Of a stretch of DNA of 64,000 nt, positions 37,541-46,400 are shown one piece after another. The stretch spans positions 8,828 to 72,827 of the forward strand of contig MFQC01000009.1 in assembly GCA_001784285.1 (NCBI GenBank), given 5' to 3'. The notes under the pieces were generated by a model that had not been told where the DNA came from, searched no databases, and saw only the letters and a list, made by a program, of their open reading frames with translations. Every line of letters begins with the position of its first letter. Positions within the stretch are counted from its first letter, which is position 1. The stretch is from Candidatus Magasanikbacteria bacterium RIFCSPHIGHO2_02_FULL_48_18. Lineage in GTDB: Bacteria > Patescibacteriota > Patescibacteriia > Magasanikbacterales > UBA922. The translations under genes were made by a program, and so were the position numbers.

Positions 37541-37795
37541 TCATCTCCAATTTTTTTCTTTCTGCAAAAGTTCTCCCTTACTTTTTCCCAAAAGATTGTT
37601 ATACCCGCCCAATGATCCATCAGACCGAATAACACGATGACATGGAATAGTTTTATCCGTATTCCGCTTCACAATGTGACCCACCGCGCGAGCGGCATTT
37701 TCATTTCCCGCTTTTTTCGCCACTTCTTTATAGGTCATGGTCTTGCCTTTTGGAATGGCGCGGACAACAGAAAGAACTCGGTCGGTAAATGTCAT
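37541..37795 (-). CDS. MGMT-family (Ogt C-terminal domain) methylated-DNA--protein-cysteine methyltransferase-like protein.
   Basis: The PCHRV active-site motif is present. The protein is 84 aa and covers the DNA-binding domain only. Confidence 0.75.
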   Translation of the reverse strand: MTFTDRVLSVVRAIPKGKTMTYKEVAKKAGNENAARAVGHIVKRNTDKTIPCHRVIRSDGSLGGYNNLLGKSKGELLQKEKNWR

Positions 37796-37868
37796 ATCTT
37801 ATGCTTTTATTTCCGGGCAATAGTCAAACATGAATTGAAACCACGTCTTGTAACTCTCGGCCAATGGT

Positions 37869-38129
37869 TTATTTGTACAATTCACTATGCGTGCCAATCG
37901 CAAAGAATCGGAGATCACCATTTTTTTCTTCTAGAAAAATCGTCCGCCAATCTCCTGTGACATTAATACTCACCTTACCCTCAAACGGACCATGGAGAGG
38001 ATGATAATGAAGAGATGGATGAGATCGATTCTCCAAAAATAATTTAAGACGTTCATCAAAACTCTCGTGAATATACTTAGGTGCTTTTTGATATTGTTTT
38101 AAAAATCTCTTTGCGTAAAAGATTGTCAT
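37869..38129 (-). CDS. Type II toxin, YafQ/RelE family.
   Basis: HPLHGPFEGKVSINVTGDWRTIFLEE...LRFFAIGTHSELYK aligns by eye to YafQ. A 4-nt overlap with the upstream antitoxin gene is present. Confidence 0.7.
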   Translation of the reverse strand: MTIFYAKRFLKQYQKAPKYIHESFDERLKLFLENRSHPSLHYHPLHGPFEGKVSINVTGDWRTIFLEEKNGDLRFFAIGTHSELYK

Positions 38130-38425
38130 ATTTTGATCTTCCCGTCGCTTACATCTTTTAAGAATGCCAGCGCCTCCTTAGGATCATCGAATGAATAATA
38201 ATCACCATTTTTATAATCTTCTTCCGATTCTTTCAGAGCTTTCCGTAAGTATGCGCTTGGCTTTTCTTCTCGTGCATCAAAAAAAATCTGTTTTGTGCGA
38301 ACAAGATCCTTGAGATAGGCATTCACAATACCGCTCAAACTCAACCCCAACTCATCCGCGGTTTTCATTGCGGCGTCTTTTAAGGAGGATTCAATTTTTA
38401 TGGTGATAACAGCTTGTTTTTTCAT
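38126..38425 (-). CDS. Type II antitoxin, DinJ/RelB family.
   Basis: The protein is 99 aa with a ribbon-helix-helix-like N-terminus. It sits upstream of and overlaps the toxin. Confidence 0.6.
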   Translation of the reverse strand: MKKQAVITIKIESSLKDAAMKTADELGLSLSGIVNAYLKDLVRTKQIFFDAREEKPSAYLRKALKESEEDYKNGDYYSFDDPKEALAFLKDVSDGKIKI

Positions 38426-38445
38426 AAAATACGATTTTACTGTAA

Positions 38446-38483
38446 ACTATACAAAGTATAGTCTTTTGCAAGTCCTTTGTCAA
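38446..38483 (-). promoter_or_regulatory. Promoter of the toxin-antitoxin operon with a palindromic operator overlapping the -10.
   Basis: On the minus strand, TTGACA, a 17-nt spacer and TATACT are present. The perfect palindrome ACTATAC-AAA-GTATAGT at 38446-38462 overlaps the -10. Confidence 0.55.
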
Positions 38484-38496
38484 TTCCTCCAAATTG

Positions 38497-38531
38497 AAAA
38501 ACCCTGTATATCTTTAGAACACAGGGTTTTT
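38497..38531 (-). terminator. Intrinsic terminator, bidirectional in form.
   Basis: AAAAACCCTGT...ACAGGGTTTTT lies downstream of the 703-aa gene. Confidence 0.6.
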
Positions 38532-38558
38532 GTATTTATAACTGATTGTGTATACCTC

Positions 38559-40670
38559 TTAAGAGGCCTGAGCGACCCACAGAAGATCATCAATCTCTTC
38601 ACTCAAGAGAACGTCGCCATAGTCAACCGCCACTCTGGAAACTCCTTTTGTAGAGCTGAATCCAACAAAGGTGGTCACGGCATCCGTGATATTGGTTTTG
38701 GTCACTCTTCCAACCACTGCCCCGCTGTTATCATAGGCGGTAACGGTCGCAGTAACTTTTACGCCATACGCCGTGCCGTTGCCAAGGTACATCCCTGCGG
38801 CCTGAACAGGCTTTTGAAAGGTAATAATAAGCGGATCGTTGGCGCTGGTATTTGGATATGTCGCGTCGTTGGCAATGGAATATTCTCCGGACGCGGTCGC
38901 TTCATAACTTCTGTTATAGGGCGTAATATAGATGGCCTTCCCTTTTTGGGAAGAAAAGCCAACGCCCTTGGCGTCCCAATATTTTTTGGTAAGATCCGCG
39001 CCAAAGGTCATGTCTTCAAAATCAATTTTCGAAGGATTGCGCGCCAATAATGATTGAACAGAAATCTCTGTCAGCGTATTGGCATCACTCTCGTCATCCA
39101 CGACGAGTGGTTCCTCATCCGATGTGTCGTAAGAAAAATAGACATAATCTGACCATGGTCCTTTTGACCCGTCTTTTCCAACCGCGCGGACATGCACTTT
39201 ATAGTCATTGTCTCCGGTCAATGGCCCGGCGACAAAACTGGGATAGCTTGATACGTAGACAATTGGCTTTCCATACCAAGAATATGTTCCGTTTTCTTTG
39301 AGGCCCCATTTGAGGCCCCAATAGATTTCAATATCATAATAATCGATATTGGAAACCGATGTCCATGCCAATTCGGCCCTTCGCGGATAATTGGTCAACA
39401 CCGTATTTTGTGATGGTTTTGTAATGGTTGGCGTTCCAAGCGTCTGCGTCTCGACGGGAGCGGCATCCAAGGAAACACTAAACCCAGCCGCGTTGTTTGA
39501 TTCGTTGTGTTCTTCCATAAGGTCTGCCGGGTCAACCGCAATGCTGTAGGCCTGCGCGAGAGAGGTTCGGAAATAGAATGAACCGGCGAGTGACTTGCCC
39601 GCGTCCAGACCAGAGCGGGTGAGCAATCTGCGGCTTCCTTTTCCTTTTTCATTTTTCACCGTAAAGTAAATGCGTCCATCCGCGTCCGCCTCTCCCTTAT
39701 TTTTGACGGAAAAACTTACTTTGAACCGCTGGTACTTGGTGCCCCCGCTGGTATACGAGACTGCGCCTTTTTCAAGAGACACGCTTTCCACAACAAGATC
39801 CGGAAGTTCATCCGAGCCGGGTAATTCCGGGCTTTCTTCATCTTCAAAAATGGTATCCTCTGCATCATTCGTATTCGTAGTATCATTGGATTGGCTGTTG
39901 TCACCTGTTGTTGGCGGCTCCCACTTCACGTTATACATAGTGGAAGAAACACAAGCATACGTGTACTTTTTCATTCCAAGGTTATAACTATCAACATCTT
40001 TCACCCCATCAAGAAGATTGTACACTTGACCAAATTTTGTCACTTTGATTCCCCCCGGGATATTACGGCAATACTCGACCGGAACCGGATTCCACCCGCT
40101 TTCGGGCAAAACACTTTGCGATGGCGTCGCGCTGGTCGCTGAAGAAATGGTAATGGACGCCCCGGTCTTTTCCAAATTCACATCGCCTAAAATAGAACCC
40201 CAGTATCCGCCAGGGATGACCGTTACTTTGATATCATTTTCTTTTGCAATGCCACATCGTGTCTGTCCTGAGGCTGATTGTGCCACGTTAGCAAAAACGC
40301 GAAAATTGGCAGTTCGTCCTTCTGTAAATTGTTTATCGACCGCAAAGAAGATGCGTTCGGTATTATCCGTTAACTTTTGCCAGCTGGTTTGTCTATCAAG
40401 CAAAAGCGAATTCATGTATAAAGTTGCTTCGGTAAAATTATTCCACCCTTCGCACGTTACAGCAATTTGCTGAAGATTGGAATTAAGACTTGCCGTCAAT
40501 TGAAATGCGCTCACTAAGACATCCGGGTCTCCTGGACGAACGGTTTTGGCGTCGAGCGCGACGTGTCCAATCGTCATGGTTGAACCTCCGGCCTGAGCGG
40601 GGTTTGCAATGCCGACCATCGTACCCACGACAAAAACGAAGGTCAAGAATGAAAGAAATACTCTTTTCAT
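38559..40670 (-). CDS. Secreted protein with CARDB-like and FN3-like domains.
   Basis: A signal peptide, MKRVFLSFLTFVFVVGTMVGIANPAQA, is present. A CARDB-like stretch reads LPDLVVESVSLEKG...FSVKNKGEADA. The protein is 703 aa. Confidence 0.55.
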   Translation of the reverse strand: MKRVFLSFLTFVFVVGTMVGIANPAQAGGSTMTIGHVALDAKTVRPGDPDVLVSAFQLTASLNSNLQQIAVTCEGWNNFTEATLYMNSLLLDRQTSWQKLTDNTERIFFAVDKQFTEGRTANFRVFANVAQSASGQTRCGIAKENDIKVTVIPGGYWGSILGDVNLEKTGASITISSATSATPSQSVLPESGWNPVPVEYCRNIPGGIKVTKFGQVYNLLDGVKDVDSYNLGMKKYTYACVSSTMYNVKWEPPTTGDNSQSNDTTNTNDAEDTIFEDEESPELPGSDELPDLVVESVSLEKGAVSYTSGGTKYQRFKVSFSVKNKGEADADGRIYFTVKNEKGKGSRRLLTRSGLDAGKSLAGSFYFRTSLAQAYSIAVDPADLMEEHNESNNAAGFSVSLDAAPVETQTLGTPTITKPSQNTVLTNYPRRAELAWTSVSNIDYYDIEIYWGLKWGLKENGTYSWYGKPIVYVSSYPSFVAGPLTGDNDYKVHVRAVGKDGSKGPWSDYVYFSYDTSDEEPLVVDDESDANTLTEISVQSLLARNPSKIDFEDMTFGADLTKKYWDAKGVGFSSQKGKAIYITPYNRSYEATASGEYSIANDATYPNTSANDPLIITFQKPVQAAGMYLGNGTAYGVKVTATVTAYDNSGAVVGRVTKTNITDAVTTFVGFSSTKGVSRVAVDYGDVLLSEEIDDLLWVAQAS

Positions 40671-40830
40671 ATAGATTATCCGATTATTCCTTTAAAAAAG
40701 GAGGAAATAAAATGAATGATGTTTATTCCCTTTCTTAAGGGGAAGCTACTATTAAGAGACGGGCGGTCGGTACGTTTCTTACTCATGACACTAACATATA
40801 GTATTTCTTGCCTCAACAGAGCAAAAATTG

Positions 40831-42537
40831 TCAATTCAAAATAACCGAGACTTCATTGCCAGTGTTTTTCTCCTTGAAAAGGAGATCTTTGGAACGCTCG
40901 ACACCGCAAGTGGGCAAAAGACCTGTGGCGCCAACATCAACCACGAGATGAATGTTACCGCTCTTTCCCTTTTCAAAATAAAATGATGGCGCAACACGCA
41001 AAAAAGAAGCTCCTAAACCGGCATCGTGCGTCACATTCCCTGAAACGACTGCCTCATCATGCGCAATTTGGAAAGCGGAAACTGCTCTCGCGGGCCGGCA
41101 TACGACCATCATGGTTTCCAAGGTCACATCACCTTCTGGCACAATGTCAAACGATGTAATCGTATATTGTTTTTCTCCCCTTCTTTCGGACATATCACGA
41201 TGTGTTTGGCGCACCACAACAGAGATATACTCCTGTGACTGCGGTTGCCATAACTCATTGCTTTGCGTGGGCAGGAGAGCATCACTTTCAAAAGTGGACA
41301 CTGGAGGAATGACCGTCTTTTCCGGAAGAATACCCACAGGAGACGACGTGACAAACTCCGCCCTATTATTGGAAGGATCATTGTCCGAGACTGATTCCGT
41401 TCGCTTCGTATCAATTTCAAAACGCACCTCTCGCCTTTCACCGGAGGAAACCGAAAATGATTGCATAAATTCCTGCGTGTATCCGTTTGGCGTGACAAAT
41501 ACAGAATAAGCGCCTTCTGCAACATCGGAAAAAAACATTCCATACAGCCCATTAAATCCTTTGTGGGCCACCAGCCGCTCTCCATTTTCCAAACGGATGT
41601 TGCTACCAGAAATTTCGTTGCCTTCGGTATCGACAACATGAATCCACACGCTGGCGTATACTTTTGGCTCCAGCGTCGCAAAACTCTCGAGACTCTGAAG
41701 AGAAGGAGAGGGTTCTGAGGGAATGGTCGTATCAGCGGCCGCCGTTGGGGCAGACAATATCTCTGGCTCGTTTGGCTCCAGGAACGCCACATCACTTGTT
41801 GTCGTGATAGCAACAGGAAAGGGAACGGACAATTGATACTGCGCGGCGCGCGCTCGCTGTTGTGTTTTCTCAACCGTATCAAAAACGGTTTGGATGTTGT
41901 TTGCGGTGTCTCTTGTATTTTTTTGATCTGCGGACGACACAACACTGCGATATGACTCAAGTGAAAAATCAAGATTGTCTGCGATTGCGACAATCGTTGC
42001 GGTGTCGCCTGCCTCTTCAAAAGAGGCAAGGGCTTGATTGACTTTTTCGCTGTGCTTTTGAATATATTTTTCAAGCTGTACGACAACCGCCGGATCGACC
42101 GCTCCCTGGGACGCCACCAGCGTTTGAATTTCGGTCAATCGCCGACGAACGCGTTCGACTTCCCATTGGGCTTTTTGTTTTTGGGATATTAACATACGGG
42201 AGCGAATTTCCTCGGTGACATTGACTTTGACCGGATAGAGCACATCGCCGGGAAGAGCATGCTCGGCGGCAGACGCCGTACCCGCAAAAAGAGACACAAT
42301 CAAAACACCCACCAATGCCCCATATGCAAAACGTTTCTGAAATACGACGTGCCAAAAAACAAAACCGCTCGGCTTTGTATTGTGCCCGGGCGCATCGCTT
42401 GCGGCTGGCTCATGCGCTTCTTCAAGAGGATGCATTTTCATAAACGAAAAAATTGCTTCGTCCATGGAAGCGCGTTCGTCTTGCGTCAACAGAATAGTTT
42501 CTCGAAATTGTTTTATTTTTTTTATGTTTTCCTCCAT
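40831..42537 (-). CDS. Putative anti-sigma factor, single-pass, with a C-terminal transthyretin or carboxypeptidase-regulatory-like domain.
   Basis: It lies immediately downstream of the ECF sigma gene with a 3-nt gap. A cytoplasmic N-terminus is followed by a transmembrane segment, LVGVLIVSLFAGTASA, and then a large extracytoplasmic region. Confidence 0.55.
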   Translation of the reverse strand: MEENIKKIKQFRETILLTQDERASMDEAIFSFMKMHPLEEAHEPAASDAPGHNTKPSGFVFWHVVFQKRFAYGALVGVLIVSLFAGTASAAEHALPGDVLYPVKVNVTEEIRSRMLISQKQKAQWEVERVRRRLTEIQTLVASQGAVDPAVVVQLEKYIQKHSEKVNQALASFEEAGDTATIVAIADNLDFSLESYRSVVSSADQKNTRDTANNIQTVFDTVEKTQQRARAAQYQLSVPFPVAITTTSDVAFLEPNEPEILSAPTAAADTTIPSEPSPSLQSLESFATLEPKVYASVWIHVVDTEGNEISGSNIRLENGERLVAHKGFNGLYGMFFSDVAEGAYSVFVTPNGYTQEFMQSFSVSSGERREVRFEIDTKRTESVSDNDPSNNRAEFVTSSPVGILPEKTVIPPVSTFESDALLPTQSNELWQPQSQEYISVVVRQTHRDMSERRGEKQYTITSFDIVPEGDVTLETMMVVCRPARAVSAFQIAHDEAVVSGNVTHDAGLGASFLRVAPSFYFEKGKSGNIHLVVDVGATGLLPTCGVERSKDLLFKEKNTGNEVSVILN

Positions 42538-42540
42538 ATA

Positions 42541-43038
42541 TTATGTGGTTATATTTTTTTGTACTTGTTTTATGCCACGATGGATCCGGACAGATACTAC
42601 ATTTTCCGACAACCCCATGATCGTTCCTATTTCTTTTGGCGAAAGTCCATCCATATACCGAAGAAACAAAATTTCACGATATTTTTCACCCAGCTGTTCC
42701 ATTTCGTGGATCACGGCATGAATATCGAGGGCATCCTGCTTGCTGAGTTCTTTGGATACGACGTCAAATCCTGATTCCATCATTTCATCAAGTGATTGTT
42801 CCTTTTTCTTTCGAGAATGATCAACCACAATATGGTAGGCTACTCGGTACAGGAAGGCTTTGATATGGGTGATGTCTTTGCCATCAACCATGTATTTCCA
42901 GACCTTCATAAATGCCTCTTGCGTGAGTTCCCGTGCCAATTCTCTATCGTAAACCCGAAAAAAGAAATAACGCAATATTTCCTCTGCATAGGCACGGTAT
43001 GCTTCCACATACTGATTTTCTCTTTCCTGGTTTGTCAT
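42541..43038 (-). CDS. RNA polymerase ECF-type sigma-70 factor.
   Basis: Region 2 (FMKVWKYM) and region 4 (LSPKEIGTIMGLSENVVSVRIHRG) are recognisable. The protein is 165 aa. Confidence 0.8.
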   Translation of the reverse strand: MTNQERENQYVEAYRAYAEEILRYFFFRVYDRELARELTQEAFMKVWKYMVDGKDITHIKAFLYRVAYHIVVDHSRKKKEQSLDEMMESGFDVVSKELSKQDALDIHAVIHEMEQLGEKYREILFLRYMDGLSPKEIGTIMGLSENVVSVRIHRGIKQVQKNITT

Positions 43039-43236
43039 AGTATGAGACTATCTTTTGACGAAAATCTTACAGATGGCCCTAAAACCATACCCTGGTTATA
43101 ATGATACGCGAGAAGTGAACATAAAAAATATAGCCTAAAAAAAACGAAAAAACAACCCTCACGGATGGCCATCTCGATATTTACTGTATTCGCAGACAAT
43201 GGAGACAATTCAGGCAAGCCTTGTGGAAAACTGGTA

Positions 43237-43266
43237 TTGTCAAAAAAAAACGATGCGCTATATACT
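43237..43266 (+). promoter_or_regulatory. Sigma70 promoter for the small Cys-rich peptide gene.
   Basis: TTGTCA is followed by a 16-18 nt spacer and TATATACT. Confidence 0.5.
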
Positions 43267-43316
43267 ATGTCTGTTGGATATTTCTTTCCACAAAATCATT
43301 CTTATCCATTTTCTTT

Positions 43317-43421
43317 ATGGCAGAATGTGTCACATGCGGCATGGAGGTCGAAGACGGCCAAACATGCCCAAAATGCGGCAGCTGTTACGACTGCGGCTGT
43401 GAATGCGACGGAGAGGTATAA
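43317..43421 (+). CDS. Small Cys-rich peptide of 34 aa, zinc-ribbon-like.
   Basis: The peptide is MAECVTCGMEVEDGQTCPKCGSCYDCGCECDGEV, with 8 Cys arranged as CxxC...CPxCGxC...CxCxC. It has its own promoter and is immediately followed by a terminator. The longer TTG-initiated track ORF from 43221 overlaps the promoter. Confidence 0.45.
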   Translation: MAECVTCGMEVEDGQTCPKCGSCYDCGCECDGEV

Positions 43422-43450
43422 AAGAAAAACGAGGACTTCCCTCGTTTTTT
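43422..43450. terminator. Bidirectional intrinsic terminator for the peptide gene and the convergent giant gene.
   Basis: AAAACGAGG-ACTTC-CCTCGTTTTTT has A and T runs on both sides. Confidence 0.7.
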
Positions 43451-43478
43451 GATTGGAATGAAAAAGTATTGTCTATTG

Positions 43479-46400
43479 TTATGCCCCCCTTCCAAAAAAA
43501 GAACGGAAGAATTCAAAAATTTTTGTCCAAAAATCAAAGGATTTTCGTTCCAAACTCACCGGAGCATGAATAATCGTGGATTCATCCAATATCATAATAC
43601 CCCCGTGATATGGCGCATATCCTGATTTTTCCGCGGCAATATAATATCGGCCGGCAGGAACATGGAACGAATACTCCCCTTTTTCATTGGTAAGAGTCGG
43701 ATTTTCTTGTCCATAGAGTTCTCCGGGCCAGAGAGCATACGCGCCATCCTCTTGCCATTGAAACAATTCCACGCGCGCATGAAACAGCGCTCTCCCCTTT
43801 TGGTCTGTGATCGTGCCGTTGGATATGCTTTGAACTTTTTTGGATACCTTCGTGCGCCCGCCATCTGTTTCGTTGATGGTCATGACCAATGTATATTCCC
43901 CTACCGCTCCTTCCGGAATATCCACGGTGGTTCTGTAGATATTGCCTTCCGAGACAGATGCAAAGGTGTAGGCCTTCAGCCAGCCATTTTGCGCGCTCTC
44001 TTCGTTTTGAACAATTTGCGCGGCATGAACCGACGCCCCAAAAAATCCGGCAAGCGCATGGAAGAGACGCTCACGAGCCGACAGGGATTCTTGTGTCTCT
44101 GCTGATTTTGGATACAGACGGGCGGTAATGCTATGGACCGGTTCTGACGGACGGATAAGAATATCAAAAGAATCGCCGCTTGCTACATCAATCGAGGAAA
44201 TTTGCTGTTTATAAAAACCAGGAGTTTGTTTTGACACGATCACCAAAAATGATTCCCGCGTTTGCACTTCTTTCAAAATATCCTGGACTTCTTTGGCAGT
44301 TACTTCTGAAACCACAAGATTTGGAGATGTTGAGGTGAATGATTGCGTATCTTGTGTATTGGGGAGAACAACACCCTCTCCTTCTTCCCCAACCGGCTGG
44401 TTGATTGGTTGTGTTGGTGTCATTTTTGCCGGCGGCGCATACACAAAAAACCATGGGGAGGGTGTGGATGTTCTCCCGAGACTGTCGGTTTGTGTCACGG
44501 ATATTGGATATGTCCCGGCCGGAATTTGATCAAGAATGGTCAATGAAAAAATTCCTTCAGGATCCACCGTAACCGAATATATCGTCTCGAGGATGGAGAC
44601 GGCAATCGTTGCTCCGGGGAAACCAGTCCCTTCGACCACGAACGGAAGTTTTGTAATGGTGGCGCCATTCTTCGGGGCAATAATAACAGGCGGCGCGAGC
44701 GGCCCCGTTTTTTCAAGAACGACCTGCGCGCTTTTCACAGCTGAAACAACGCCGCTCACGGTTCGCACTTTCGCATAGACGACATATATCCCTTCCATGT
44801 CAGGAAGATCAAAACCAATATCCTCACCGGTGTACGATTGCCAGCCGATACCTTGAAATCCAGAACTGAGAGAAAATGCAACTTCTACCGCATCGGGTGA
44901 AACCCCCTCAAGACGAAGCGTAATATGCGAATTGGTGGTTTGCGTTTTTGCGGCGCCATCGATAAGAAGTCCATCAAAGGCAATGGCCGATGGCAATGCC
45001 AACGGTCCAACAGGGAGAGAGGCGCCGGAAGTACTTCCGGAATCTGACGATACCGCAGTCTGGGAATAGACGCCAAAAAATGTCGTATGCACAGTATGAA
45101 CAATCAGATCATTTCCAGAATCAACCGAACACTCCCCGCTTCCTCCAACTCCGACATTTGTGGGATTGTTTTCGTCATCACAGACAACAGTAATGGGCGT
45201 GAGCGTGCCGCCAGACGATGCGGTATATCCGGCCACATAGCCGGCCTGTCCCGGGAAAGTTATTTTGACCGGATTTGTGAGCGAACACGTGGTATTGGGC
45301 GCGCCCACCTGCACCACTTTCTTGGCACTCATAGTGTAGCCGCTGACTGCTGGCAAGGCCACTATTGAGGCGTCAACCAATGTGGGAATTTGAAATTTGG
45401 TCCACGAAGAATCGGCACACGAAATAATAGTCCCCGACGGGATATTCATGTCAACATTATTTTCTTCGGTCGTTGAATTTTTATTGATGCTGATGGCCTG
45501 GCTTGTCGTGACAAACCCGGATTCCTTGACCCGCTTCATATTCAAATAAACCGGGGCGTTGTCGGCGACAGAAGACGCTATGGTGACACTTTGCAACAAT
45601 CCCGTTGTTTTGTTTGGAAGACTGCCGCCCAAAACAATTTCCGCCTGTGCCGCGTCTGTCACCGTCACTGCGTTATTTATGCGTGCGTCAAAAAATACCT
45701 GCGTGCTTTCCACAGCGGAATAATCACAGACTTGAGAAGACAACGCTGTCTCAACTGCATTTCCATTGCGCGCTTTTATTTGAAAACAATATTCTTCGTT
45801 CGGGTCAACGCCGGAAATGCCGACCGCACTCCAGGTGGAGGTTGCCTGCCACGTTTCACTTGCTCCGGAAAGGACCCCTTCAGCATTGGCCCACAAACCG
45901 GTCGACACCTCATACAGCGCATATTCTGTTGCAGAGGGATTGTTTATTGGAATAATGGAAAATGGCATGGTCGTCGAAGTCACTGAATCGGACGATATCT
46001 GCATGGATGGAACGTTCGCGAGCGTATACGTCGTTCCTGTCGCGGTTGTTGTCTGTATGCCGTCGCCGTTCACTCCATAGACTGTGTAGACGTAGGCGGT
46101 ATTCGGGGACAGATTGGTATTGGCCCACGAAGCGCCGCTCGTCACATCTTGCGTCGCCCGGACGCCATTTGAAAAATGCAAGAGCGATGAACCTGATCCC
46201 ATATTGGGGAACGAACCTTCTGCGGTCGCTGTGATACTGCTTGTGGTGACGGACGAAAAAGACACGCCTGTCGGGGCACCAAGCAATGTATACACGGTTG
46301 CCTCTGTCATGGCGGTTTCCGAATCGTCTTGATTTTTTGCTTTTACTTGAATCGTATAGGCCGTATTGGCGCTCAACCCGCTCTGTGTCCAGCTTGTTTC

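Noticed and set aside
40690-40738. AAGGAGG followed by an 8-codon ORF (MNDVYSLS) in the intergenic region upstream of the CARDB-protein gene.
   Set aside because: It is on the opposite strand to the flanking genes and extremely short, so it is most likely a chance SD-ATG.
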